DNA of 64,000 nt from NCBI GenBank assembly GCA_963693365.1, contig CAVNZM010000008.1:3563572-3627571 (forward strand), written 5' to 3'. Below the pieces are notes generated by a model, which was not told where the DNA came from, ran no database searches, and was given only the letters and a program-made list of their open reading frames with translations. Made by a program: the position numbers and the translations under genes. This document shows, in pieces, positions 39,486-52,611 of the stretch. Within the stretch, counting starts at the first letter, position 1. The number at the start of each line of letters is the position of its first letter. This DNA is from Amoebidium appalachense. Lineage: Eukaryota; Protista; Ichthyosporea.

Positions 39486-40705
39486 TTTTTTTTATTTTTT
39501 GTTTTTTTATTTTATCACGTTTTGTTCCCGGAGGGCCTTTTCAGGTGCTCTAGGGAAACTACCGTCTACCACACAGCACCGACAGTACACTAGTTAAGAT
39601 GCTATCTATGAGTTCAGCTGAGCTAAACCATCCTTCACAACCTAACTATAAGTACACACTTTGCCCAGGGCTACTACCCCAGCCACGCCGGCAGGAGGCT
39701 CCAGTCCTCCCCTCCATTCAAAACCTAGCAATAAACGTTAACCGAGGGCTCTCATTGGTCGATTTACAGTATTGGGAAGTCCTAGGTGTTGTGTATAGTA
39801 GTTACGGTGGGTATGGGTGGATGATGGGGTGTGGTGGTTGTGGTGGAGGGGGGGTTGCTGCCTAACATTTATGTGTTGTTGTAAGTATGTTGTGGCGATG
39901 TTTTTGTGGACTAAAAGGTGGGTTTCACAGGGAACACCGGGTCTGTGTGTGTTCCGGCAGTCAGAACAGGCCGGCCGGGTGTGTGTGGGGGGTGTATTTG
40001 TTGGTGTCTTGGGTTTTTGGGGAGCCATACTTTTCTTTCTACGGGTGGTGGGTATATGGTGGTGTTTTTGCATTTTGGGGTGGGTGGGGGGGAGTGTTGT
40101 TGTATTCCGTGGGTGCCAAATTTTTGAAAAGAAAAAGGACCGCAACTCTACTGTGATTTTTCCTAAGATGGCCCGGGTGGTGGTCTTGGTGGTGCCGGTG
40201 GCTGCAAGTAGTGGGCCCACCGATCGTGGGCAGAATCCCCGTTCGACCCACTTGATGTCTTCGGGGTCTGGTGGGTCAACATTGCTTCCTATCCAGTTTA
40301 TCCATGCACATTGGTCTACCACCGTGGCTGCCGTATGGTGGTGCTGTGCCGTGGGGGTGTTTGGATGACGAGTGTGCAGGACGTTGTGGATGCAGGCTGT
40401 GATGGCCGTGGTCAGGGTGGGGACCTCCCCGGCATGGGCCGGGCAGGCCCAGAGGTGGGTGGTGGTCTCAGGGTGCTGGCTGCACCGGGGGCATGTGGGC
40501 TGTGTAACGACGGTGGGGTGATCTCGGTGTAGCCGTGCCATGGTAGGCAGGGTGCCCATGGCCAGGGACAGGCTACGAATGTTTCCTCTGACGGCCCCGA
40601 TGGTTGCCTGTGCGGGCCCCTTGTTGAGCTTGAGGGGGTTCCGTTCGGCTGGGAGCAGTCTGGGGTCGGCTAGTATGGACATAGCTTTGGTCTTGCCGGC
40701 ATTTT
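39486..40705 (-). mobile_element. 5'-truncated non-LTR retrotransposon (LINE) 3' fragment with CCHC zinc finger, A-rich tail and 15-bp TSD
   Basis: ORF 40682-39738 contains CPRCSQHPETTTHLWAC, a C-x2-C..ET..H..C knuckle typical of LINE ORF2 C-termini. T-rich tail at 39486-39513. Flanks TTTTATAATACACTG (39471-39485) and TTTTATATTACACTG (40706-40720) match 14/15. Confidence 0.85.
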
Positions 40706-41607
40706 TTTTATATTACACTGACAGCAAACATCTCTCCCCCCCCCCCCCCCTCCCACATAAAGTTCCTCCCCCCCCCCCCCCCCCCCCCCCCCCCTCCCCC
40801 CCGGCGGCCCGCCCCGCCCGCCCCCCGCCTCGGCCCCCCCGGGCAAGCATCTTCACATGGCAAAGAAGTGTTGATTGATGTGCCTGTGCACCTCGATGTT
40901 AAATCTGATGCACATACGTGTGTCACAGTGTATGACGTGCAAACACAGGTGTGTATGCAACGGCTAAGTAAACGTCGTATGCAGATATCTTCCCCGTGCA
41001 CCACGGTGTCAGTCAATAAGCACGTACTACAGTAGGTATGCACAAACGCATGTGTCCGGTGCGTGCATCGATGATAGGTGCAGGTTGTCTCTCTGCATGT
41101 GTTAATATGCGAGTGTGTCCACTGTGGGTTTGCATGTTGTGCTTCCGCATCTCATTTGTCGTGCCACGTGCCTGGGTTTTTCTGACTGCGAAAGCTTGTG
41201 CTTATTATGCCTGTGTGCCATATATACAGTGTGTATGTATGCATCAAAGTGTTGGCACGGCTGTGTGCAACGTGGTTTGTACTCTACGTTAAACGTGCAC
41301 TCGGCCACAGGCTGTGGCGTCCATACTACTGGGTTGTGTGTGTGTGCGTATACACGCCGTGACTGTTTGCGCATATCTGAAATCCTTTGTGTTCATGTTG
41401 TGTTGAGCTGTGTCTGGCCCAGGTCTTTGTGTGTGTGTGTGCGTGCGTGCGTGTGTGTGTGCGTGTACGTGTGCGTATGCGTGTGTGTGTGCGTGCGTGC
41501 GTGCGTGCATGTACATGTGTGTGTGTGTGCGTTCGTGCGTGCGGGTAGCATGTGTGTGCATGCGTCTGTCTGTTTTGAGATTTTGCTTGTCAGTTTGTGT
41601 GTGTATG

Positions 41608-41751
<144 letters not shown>

Positions 41752-42586
41752 TGCGTGTGTGTGCGTGTGTGTGCGTGTGCGTGTGTGTGCGTGTGTGTGT
41801 GTGTGTGTGCACATACATGCATAAGTATGCCTGCAACGAACGCGTGGCGCTCTGTAGTTACTGCTTGGGAACATTGGTTTTTCCCAAATTTAGGCGTGTC
41901 CTTACGTGGCACCTTATGATAGGTAGGCCCTGTGACATTGAGTAGTAACAGTATTACAGTGCATAAAAGACACTCGGTCAGAAATTTCTTTAGCATCTAT
42001 TTGTCATGTTACTAATTAGCGTGGGCTGCAGGGATGCCATGGCCATAGAATGACCCTCATGCATCGACACGTGTACCAGGTAAGTATTCTATCGAGAGTT
42101 CTAAGTATCATTGATGAGCTCACCACATGTACATGGCCAATTTGGCCACGTGTGAAACCGCATGCGCAATACGGGGATTTTCCTGTTTGTTGACGTCATC
42201 GCTTGGAGATCTTTATCCCTTCTATTGTTGGCGCATTCATTGGCTGCGAAAGCACCACAGGTTAGTCAACCAATCAGATGCCATTTTTGGATGGATGGAC
42301 TTTTAGGGTTGGCCAATCAGCATAAATTACGCAATGCGAAATTTTTTGTATGGTGTGAAAGGAAGCCCGTTTGTGGTCTTTTTCAAGGCTGAACGGTCAC
42401 AGAGGGTATTTTTTTCTTTTTATGACCATTTACAAACCACGTGCGGTCATTTTCTATAAACCTCCTCAGGGTTTTGCTATACTTTTGCGGTTTATCACGC
42501 TGTGTTCTGAGTTTCACATCAACATTCCTCAATAGGATCCCCTTAGACTTCCTGTTGTGGGACATTTCTTATGTGTGTGCTCAATA

Positions 42587-43460
42587 TTTTTTTTTTCTTT
42601 TGACTGGATTTATTCGACGGAAAGATATGCAAGTATGCACGGCATACTGAGAAGACAATAAAAACTTCACGAGTTATCCAGTAACAAGTGCATACTGAGA
42701 TACCTGAACACTGTGTGAAAATCATATAAATACTCAATGTGACGACCAACAGAATTCAACAAAAAGTCTAAAGTGTTCACATTGCCAGCTAGTGTAGCAG
42801 ATACCCGGAGGGAAAGAGGTAAAACGCGACATAAAAATTCACACCTATCAACATGCTTGCGATTAAAAAGGTCAGCACAAAAGTGGCACCAGCGGTGATG
42901 AAAACAAGAATTACAGCGCCACTGCACAACTTCCCAGGCAATATCAACATCAGAGCACCATACAGACTTATCTACTAGGGTGGTATCCATACGTACAGCA
43001 GGAGAAATGTATCCTGCCAAAGCTCCCAAAAAGCGATAATGATCAGTACGGTGTTGCCTAAGGAACATAACACATGCCGACTGAGTTTTACCTTTGATTT
43101 CTCTATCAGAACGAGAAAGAAACTTATACTGCGTATGGTAATAACGCGAAAAGGCAGAAAAAACAGGAAGAGAAAAGAAAGAGGGAGTGAGATAGCGAGA
43201 GGAAGAATCAGGTGGAAAGAGGGTAGGCTGAGGACATTCAGAAGGAGGGTTGGTGAATCGGGGGGGAAGAGGGATGGAGGGAGGGGGGGGAAAGAAAGCA
43301 TAAAGAGGGTGACCATCAGGTAGCCTAACTAAATGAAAACAAAAACGAAGAGACAATTCCTCCATACGACAAACAGCAGACGACAATCCAAACATACTGA
43401 TTAAGGGAGGCACAAACCGAGTACGAAACAAAGTGCGTAGCGCAGTACCCTGAAAATCGT
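42587..43460 (-). mobile_element. Second LINE family, 3' fragment (post-RT region, 3' UTR, poly-A)
   Basis: ORF 43527-42667 contains FQGTALRTLF..FGLSSAVCRMEELSLRF..LVRLPDGHPL (RT thumb-like) and a Cys/His-rich end (CHFC..HVDRC). T-run at 42587-42596. The same tail is retrocopied at 19393-19488. Confidence 0.78.
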
Positions 43461-44145
43461 CGATATTCCCAACATTTTTTTGAACATTCACAGTCCTAAT
43501 TGTATTTATCCTCAAATTGGACTGCATAGATCGATGTTTTGAACTTGTTTCGTGTTTTAGTTTTGTTTATGAATGAAAGGGCAAACCTGCTGTCTAGTAA
43601 CAAGCCTTTCTTATCTTGGTTCACCTCGGTCACGGAGGCTCGGTGTCCAAGTTTAGGGGCCTAAACAGGAGATTCGGAAATAGTTGTTTGCTGGATTCAA
43701 AACGCCCCACGTACAACAGTTTTGGGGGATTTCCCCAACCTTGAGGTTCACCAATCAGAACTGTGTCTTGCATGAATGGCCCATTTATGATTGGCTTCCT
43801 CAATTTCAGCTGTGACGACACCCCAAATTTGGGAAGGTGTAAAAAGCAGCACACACACCGTACACACGCTGGCCAAGTCACACTGTACAGTACACAGTTA
43901 AGCTCAAAAATAGAAGACTTTGTTGTGGTGTTAGTATTGTTCGTTCCTTTTCTTTCAGGGCTCTTGTGTGCTTGAAATAGTACCTAGTGGAAAAAGGAAA
44001 TAGTGTCATAGATATTTTGAACGGCGCTCTGCAGAACTACTCTGTAAACACCGAAGCGCGTACACTTGGTACGGTTTGGAGAAGTTTTCGCTTTTCTCAT
44101 TACACAAGATAGACAACAAAGCAATTGACATCTCACATCATCACA

Positions 44146-45714
44146 ATGTTCGGGAAAACACTTCCCGTTGTGTGTGTATGGGCAGTCTTGTGCGCCCATC
44201 AATCACTGGGTGCAGTAACACCCATAAAGGGGGCTGCATGCACCGTCCCAAACCCAAACACAAACGTACAAACCATTGAGTCAGGATCACTGCTTATTCT
44301 CAGCACCTGCGAAACATACACATGCAACGATGGCGTTCTTACAAAGAACCCCGCTGACCCGTCCACGTGCACTAACACACAGCATACACAATGCATCACA
44401 TACACGGGCACATTTGTTCCACACGGCTCTACAACAACTGCTGGTGGGTGCACCTACACCTGTGCAGACGGAGTCCTTTCTCAAGTGGATGCTGCGGCAA
44501 AATGCCAGCGGAAAAAGGGACCCGCAGCGCCTTACTGCCTCGTGGAGAGTGGAGATGTTTTGAAGTCGGGTGACGTTATCAAACTGGGCAGCTGTGCGAC
44601 TGCAAAATGCAACAATGGCATCATGGAAACGGTTGTTACCCCCGGGTGCCCAGCCGCCGCGACTGCCGCCACCGCCTCCTGCCAGATTCAAGAAATCGGT
44701 CGCTCGATTTCCCATGGCACGACCGTGAAAATCGGTGAATGTTCGATTGGGTGCGATAATGGGAAACGCACGGCCACTTCTGCATGCCCGTCCACCAAGA
44801 AGATCATTTCCAGTACCACCTGCCTGTTGGAGGACGGCAGCTTGCTGAAGGATGGGGAGACCATTACCATTGATGAGTGCAAGAGTGTTTTGTGTCACAA
44901 TGGCGTTGATGCGATTGTCGACACTCACAAATGTTCGCCCAATACTACCGATTGCAAACTGCCTGGGGGCGAGGTTATCAAGCACGGGGTAACCAAAAAG
45001 AGTGCGGGATGCTCGGTTGAATGCAACAACGGGATCACCATCTCAATCGGAAATGAGTGCAAAGCGGCCAAACACCTCCCAACAGCGCGTGCTCTTCCTG
45101 CTAAAGCCGCTGTGCGTCTCGCTCCTTCTACCACTTGCAGCCTCCCCGACGGTCGGCCGCTTCCGGAAGGCTCCAGCATCACCATCGACACGTGTGTTCG
45201 GACATGCACCAAGGGGTCGTTGAAGGAACAGGGTGAATGCAAGAAGATTGAACGGAATGTCGCCTACCCCTCGTGTCTTCTGGAAGACGGGTCGTTGCTC
45301 AAGGACGGAGAATTTGTGGCTATCGACAAGTGCAAGACATTAAGGTGCACTCGTGGTGTCCCGGAGAATTTCGATAGTGGGAAGTGCGACGGCTTAAAGA
45401 AAAACCCCCCTACTTGCTGTGTTGGTAAGCAGGTGCTTCAGAAGGACGAGATTGTCGAGATGGGAAAATGCAAAGTCACGTGTTTTGGCGGTGTGGTGAT
45501 GACCGTGGGTGAGTGTGAGGCGGTACTTAAGCAGATTGACGCTGGGAAGGAGCCCATGTATGTTAAGGGGGACTGCAAGACGGCGCAGGGCGGGAAGATG
45601 ACGGAGGGAGAGGTGAGGCAATTGGGTCCGTGTCACGTGGCTACGTGCAAGGCCAATGGGAAGGTGGCGGTGAAAACCAACTCACTGCCTGCATGCAATC
45701 TGCGCTTAATGTGA
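44146..45714 (+). CDS. Intronless secreted protein with ten tandem 4-Cys repeats (VWC/FN1-like), ~522 aa
   Basis: ATG at 44146 gives the signal-like MFGKTLPVVCVWAVLCAHQSLGA. Ten units approximating C-x4-G-x5-G-x7-C-x3/4-C-x2-G-x7/11-C, e.g. CLLEDGSLLKDGETITIDECKSVLCHNGVDAIVDTHKC. No TM anchor. Confidence 0.88.
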   Translation: MFGKTLPVVCVWAVLCAHQSLGAVTPIKGAACTVPNPNTNVQTIESGSLLILSTCETYTCNDGVLTKNPADPSTCTNTQHTQCITYTGTFVPHGSTTTAGGCTYTCADGVLSQVDAAAKCQRKKGPAAPYCLVESGDVLKSGDVIKLGSCATAKCNNGIMETVVTPGCPAAATAATASCQIQEIGRSISHGTTVKIGECSIGCDNGKRTATSACPSTKKIISSTTCLLEDGSLLKDGETITIDECKSVLCHNGVDAIVDTHKCSPNTTDCKLPGGEVIKHGVTKKSAGCSVECNNGITISIGNECKAAKHLPTARALPAKAAVRLAPSTTCSLPDGRPLPEGSSITIDTCVRTCTKGSLKEQGECKKIERNVAYPSCLLEDGSLLKDGEFVAIDKCKTLRCTRGVPENFDSGKCDGLKKNPPTCCVGKQVLQKDEIVEMGKCKVTCFGGVVMTVGECEAVLKQIDAGKEPMYVKGDCKTAQGGKMTEGEVRQLGPCHVATCKANGKVAVKTNSLPACNLRLM

Positions 45715-46105
45715 GCGGCGGTGTTTGTTATGTTTTTTTTTTTGAATTTTGTTTGGTTTTGGTTTTTAAATTCAGACTAATCTTTTTCGCTTGTTGGCTG
45801 TTGAGTTATACTTGCTACCCATGTTCCATTTTCTTTTTTTCACACTCGTATATATTTGCCTACATGAACGCGCGCCAAACACAAACACGCACACACATAC
45901 ACACACACACACACACGTAACACACATGCCCCACATCTTTCCACCTGAGTGCGGGTGCAACACACTGTTCAATATTTCAAATAACTTTCTTGAGATACAG
46001 ATTCTAACTATAGAATGATCAATGTTGTATTATAGCACAAAAACTCGAAGGGGCAATATACGCATGCACGTGCAATGACGTACAAACATAAACGATAATA
46101 ATCAT

Positions 46106-46531
46106 TGCTGATTCAGTGCCTTGTACCACAAATGCGGGCCCGTGAACGTAAATATGAATATGTATAGTACATGTTGGCTGTATTACATGATCAATTGCAA
46201 ATAATGAGTGTACGACTTGCAGATTCTCTTGTTTTGATTGTGTGATCACATCCCCTGGCAGAAAGGTATGCATCGTTGAACGATGAACTTGGTCACATGA
46301 TGGCCCCATGTCAGCACGTGCTGATTCAGTGCCTTGTACCACAAATGCGGGCCCGTGAACGTAAATATGAATATGTATAGTACATGTTGGCTGTATTACA
46401 TGATCAATTGCAAATAATGAGTGTACGACTTGCAGATTCTCTTGTTTTGATTGTGTGATCACATCCCCTGGCAGAAAGGTATGCATCGTTGAACGATGAA
46501 CTTGGTCACATGATGGCCCCATGTCAGCACG
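46106..46531. repeat. Perfect tandem duplication, 2 x 213 bp
   Basis: tgctgattcagtgccttg...ccccatgtcagcacg at 46106-46318 and 46319-46531. Confidence 0.93.
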
Positions 46532-46574
46532 CGATGTCCATGAAATAAATTCAGTGTTATTTAAATCTTTTAGG

Positions 46575-46646
<72 letters not shown>

Positions 46647-46948
46647 ACACACACAAACCACCCCCAACCCCCTTCCTGGGTCACGATGGTTTCTGCGCAA
46701 ACGTTTATTTCCTGCACCTCTTAAGATTTCAACTTAAATTTTTTTCATTTTCCTGGTTCCCTGCAGCTGTATGGTCCAGATATTTTCCACCTTTCATGCG
46801 TTAAAAATTCCCCCCCCCTCCCCCCTCCCCTCAACCCTCCCCTTTCTTGCTAAAAAACACCCCCGATTTTCGCTGGCCCACCCTAGCTAGGCCTCAACCT
46901 TCAATCATTGCATGCATACAATCGCATCAATGATCATGATCTATGAAG

Positions 46949-46990
<42 letters not shown>

Positions 46991-47467
46991 CTCCCCCGCC
47001 CCATGGCCACCACCACCACCACCACCACCCACCCACCCCACCCCCCGGCCCCACTTCCTCCCCCCCACTGCCCCACCCAAACCCCACGGTAACCACACCC
47101 TACCCACTGGTCCCCGGGCCAATTCTCTTTACCCCACCTATCATCACGTACCTATACTTACTCTGAGACTAAATAAACTCTGATGATAGAAGGTGCTCGA
47201 GATGACGCGCGCGCATGTGTGTTTGTGTTTTTTGATTTTTTATTTTTTATTTTATTTTATTTTTTTTTTTTTTGGGGGGGGGGGGGGGACTGTGTGTGGC
47301 CGTGTGTGTTTGTGTGTGTGTGTGGGGGGGGGGGGGGGGGGGGAGGGGGGGGGGACGTCGACGCACCCAGACAACACACGTGCTCCTCTTGACAATAACT
47401 AGCGTTGGTGAGTCTCATAGAGAGAGTCGTAATCAAACGAAAAGGGGTACGGAGCCGGAGGGGGGAG

Positions 47468-47524
<57 letters not shown>

Positions 47525-48274
47525 TATTGAGGGGCTTAGGCTGGGAATATCATGTGGCCATGGAGGGGGGTCGTGATCGTAGGTCCTGGGAGACGGTGAG
47601 GCTCCGGCCCCCGGAGGACTCCGAGGTCCAAGTCTGCCACTAGGAGCGAAAATTTAAATTTTAAAATTTTCGAAGCCTTAGGTGGTTCAATGAAGGGGAC
47701 ACCACAACATCCAGAGGTGGCAGGTTGGGAGGAGGGGGAGGGTGGGGGGGGGGGGGGGGGGGGGGGGGGGAGGGGGGGATGTACGAGACAGCTTCCTCTC
47801 ACGGAGATGCGCCACTTTATGTTACACTACTACCATTTCGTTCTTTAGTCACACCTCCCCACTTTGCTCGAACAACAGCTTACAAAATCTTGTTTCGCAT
47901 ACACACAGGTTCAATGGTGTGGCATTGTTAAATGATATGATGTGGTGTGTGTGCCTACATCTGCGCACATGTGTGGATTGAACATGCATACCAAGGTGTG
48001 CGTGACTGTGCCAATGTGTGTGTGGTTGTGTGTAGGAGGAGAGGGGGACCACACGTCTAAGAAAAGCTTCCAAGAATCGTTAGCCTAACGTTGTTTTCAA
48101 ACGCACTACTATCACTACCACTAATACCATTAGGATATTCGATTGCAGCCTCTGATGTGCAAATCATACTGATCGGGTGCAAAGCATCAACCCATTTCTA
48201 TGTTGTTGCAGTGGTTTGTTAATTCCTATCAGGTCCGATTAGCAATCGAGAGATCCGATTACACAACCTAATCG

Positions 48275-49794
48275 CTAGTGATCGGCTATAGGCTCATATC
48301 CCTCCCGCTTCTTATTCTGATTTGCGATTGAAAAAATAACCGCGGTTATGATTGCGCCCACGATAATACCAACCATTAAAGAAACCCACCAGTGTTTTTC
48401 GACCCACGAACCGTTAGTCCACGTGCAGTTATGATTGTCAACACAGTTAACGGCATCCAAGTATTCTGCAGGGTACGGCACCTGTTGACCCAAATTAGGC
48501 AAGTTATCAAACCCGTCGTTAAACTTAACGATGAGGTAGCGACCGAGGTCCCACCACGCTTTAACGATTTTCTCCCCAGTGGTGATGGAATAGTTGGTGA
48601 GGTAACTTAAAGCCTCGGTGCGGTTCTTCATTTTAGTAAAGGTGTCGACGATTTCTTTGTCCTTTGCAATGGCGGCGTCTTCGAACTCTTCCTGTGGTGG
48701 TAAGAAGGGGAAATGTTGTGTTATGGAGCGTGCAGTAGTGTGGTGGGTTGGTTATGTGTACACACGAAGGGGTGTAGGTTGTGTCAGAGTGTTCGGGGTG
48801 GGGGATGTGGTGGTGGTTGTGGTGGTGGCAAAGGGAGGAGGAGGGGGGGGGGGGGGGAGGGGAGGAGGGGGGGGGGATTATGATGTGTTGTAGAGTACGA
48901 AGTACACATTCTCGAAGGACAACACCATGCCGAATGCCAAGTACCCACGGGAAGGGGGGGGGGGGGGGGGGTTGGGACATGTGCACACATACATTATGTT
49001 GTGATTGTTAGAAGAAGGAGAGAAACCCATCACAATGGATTGGTAGGGCCACAGGGTAAGACTTCCGTACGTTTTCTTTTCTTTTTTTTTTTTTTTTTTC
49101 CCGGGCAGGGGGGGGGGGGGGGGGGGTCTCCTCCACATAATGTGATCAAGGTTTTGAGGGATCGAAGTAACGTAAGAACACCACGCAAAAAGCATAATGT
49201 TGAGATTGAAAGTGCATGCAAAAGGGAGAGCGGTGGAGGGCGGGCGGGTGCAAGGTAAAAGAAGGTGGGGATGGGGGGAAGAAAGGGGGCGATAGAGAGG
49301 GGGGGGAAGGGGGGGGGGGGGGGGGGGGAGGTAGTGAATGTTTGCCGAACACACCTGTTTTTCCTGGATGAAGGGGAACATTTTCGAAAACTTCATGTCG
49401 ATATAATTAGCGAGGAACTGGAAAGCCCAGTGTGCAGAGTCGTAAGAAAACTCTCCCAGCCAGCCCGTGTGGAATGCTTTGGGAAGTGCCGTGGCACCGG
49501 CGTAGAATGGAACATAAACAGAGGCATGGGGTGCGTCGGGTGCAAACCATGTGAGCCCGCTGACTTCTGGGGGCATGTTGGCGCGGGTCTGTGTGTACGT
49601 GTGTACGTGTGTACGTGTGTGTGTGTGTATGAAGGCCCGTGCATGCGTGGGTTTTATTTCCTTTTTAGGACGGTGGGGTTGGAGGGTGGGGGCTGGGGGA
49701 TTTGGGGGGGGGGGGGGGAGGTAAGGGGGAGGGGGGAGGGAGGCAGTAAATGGATGTTGAGTTAAAAAGAACACAACCCCTCTATGTCTTCTGT

Positions 49795-49827
<33 letters not shown>

Positions 49828-50313
49828 ACAACCACCACCACCACACACACAACATTCACCTCTTCGAGTTGCCACAGTACCCCAGAGACGTCACCTTGTA
49901 TCCTTCCTCCTCCTACATAGCCACACAACCACATCCACGCTGATCTACCATCCAACTTTCCCCAAGCACAACGACCCACCACTCCCATCTAATGCCGCCC
50001 CCTCTCGTCTCCCCTCCCCCTCTTTCTCTTTTCCCCCACCCCAACCACCAACACCACTAAACACCCACACCGCAACCCACGGGGGCCTCCTTAGAGTGCC
50101 TGAATAATGGAAAGCCATGAAGGACATCCCCCCCACAAATAAATGATCTGTTCCTCTCTGTCTTCAAGCACCCATCGTCTTGCACAAGTCTACTATCCCA
50201 CATGCACATTTACCCCCCCCCCCCCCCCCTCCCTCCTCCGCGCACCAATTCCTTCCTCCCGGTGGCGTGTATAAAAGGGGAGACAAACAATGGCTCGACC
50301 TCCCCCCTTCCCC

Positions 50314-50367
<54 letters not shown>

Positions 50368-50938
50368 ATCAACACACACCTGTAGCACCAAAGAATAGGA
50401 GGTGCGGTGCAGAGAGATAGGCCGTGCAAACCTCTCATATCCCTTCGGGGGCGTAAACTCAGCCCTCATAGGTGTGTGCCACGGGCCGGCGGCGATTCCT
50501 TTGGTGAGGTCGAAAATGGACCCTTCAAAATGGTCTCTGTTAATAGCCATGTACTTGTGAACGGGGATAGGCGCATCGGGTTTTACCGACCAGGGGAGCT
50601 CCCAGTCGGTGGCATATGGGTTAAGACTAAGTGAGGGTGCTACTAGGCTAAACACGCGCCATACTCTACGTGCAGTCATTTCTGGGACGGTGTTAATTGG
50701 GGCCCATGCTTTTGCAAAATGGAATGGTTCCCCCCTTGCGGGGTCGAAATATCCGTGTTCGATGGTTACGTTGATGATGTCTGGGGAGGACATGTAGTTG
50801 TCTGTGTCGTTGAAATCGATCTCACCGATTGTAAAGTAGTTGCCGATCTGTGTACGTGTGTACGTGTGTGTGTGTGTGTGTGCGCGCGCACGCGCGTGCG
50901 TACGTATTCATGTGTGTGTGTGTCACGGTGTGTGTGTG

Positions 50939-50979
<41 letters not shown>

Positions 50980-51378
50980 ATGTTTGAGCTATTGAGGTGG
51001 AGGTGAGAGTAGTGGTTGGAAGGTTAGAATGTGTTGCTCGGTACGAAGCATCAATGTATAAGGGAACATGCAATGTAAATATGCAAAAAGAAATCACACA
51101 AAAAAGAGTACGCAAAACAAATAAAGCCCATTCATCCTTGAGTGGTAAAGGTAGTCACGGTCGTGCGTGCGGGTGCCTGTGTATGCTGGTGGTGGGGATT
51201 GATTTTTTGATTATTATCTAATTATTATTATTATTATTATTGGGGAGGGGGGGGGGGGGGGGGGGGGGGGGAGGGAGGAGGAGGAAAGGGGAACAATGGT
51301 CTGAGCTGACAGGTACAAAAGAGGAGACTGCAGAGTAGAAGGAGGGCAAGGGAGGTTTGTGCGTGTTTTTTTTTTTTT

Positions 51379-51409
<31 letters not shown>

Positions 51410-51660
51410 GTAATACTTTGGCCCAAAGAAGAAGGTTATAAAATTTTCAATCTTATGCTCTCTCTCTCTCTCTCTTCCCCTCTCCCCCCCCTCCCCCCCC
51501 CCCCCCCCCCCTTCCCCTCCCGCTCCCACCCCCACGCCACACACACACATTTACACACCTAGCTCCCGCCATTTAGCATCACCCTTCTATCCACCAAACA
51601 CATCCCTCGTTGCCACTTAATCCCATGCCCATCGTTGTTATCCCTTCACGCTACTTAAAG

Positions 51661-51710
<50 letters not shown>

Positions 51711-52318
51711 CCCTCCCTCGGGCCTCTCCTCCAGGCACGTTTCTCATCCCTTTCCTTCTGTCCTCCCCCTTCCCCCATTAACAAAAAACATATTTCATCT
51801 CGTTTCACTCCACCCCTTCCCCCCCACCCCTGCTTCCCCCCTGTGTCCACCTGTATTCTGTAACCTATATGTTTAAAGACCCCCCCCCCCCAAACACACA
51901 CACACACCACACACATCGATTCATTTAACTCAACATACCGCGCAAATATGATCATCTGGAACACGGCGCGCCACCCACACGGCGCTCTTCCCGTCCTTTG
52001 TGCACGACACATGGAACACCCACGCCTCCTGCTTACTGTCGATAATCGTCAGAGTCTCTCCTCCGGACCCCTCAGGGTCCCAGAACCCATATTTCACCGC
52101 GAGATCTCCCATGAGTTGAATCGCGCATCGCGCATTGTCGCATCTCTCGAGGGCGATGCGAGACATTTCAGCAATGCAGAGCACGGCGCTCGAGTTTGCA
52201 CCGACAATGATTTTTGAATTGCAGGTGGACTCGCCCATGCCGAGGCCCTTCTCGTTCATGATGCCGTAGGTGCCGTCGTAGTAGGAGTACGTGTGGTTGA
52301 CCTGTGTGTGTGTGTGTT

Positions 52319-52360
<42 letters not shown>

Positions 52361-52379
52361 GGGAGGGGAGGGGAGGGAG

Positions 52380-52438
<59 letters not shown>

Positions 52439-52571
52439 GGGGAGAGGAGGGAGGGGTGTGTGTGATGGGGGAGGGGAGGTGTGGGGATTTATGCATTAGG
52501 AGTGTGGAGCAGCTGAAAGAAAAGTGCAGACGAAAGGGAGGTAAAAAATAAACAACTTAAAAAGAGGAAGG

Positions 52572-52611
<40 letters not shown>

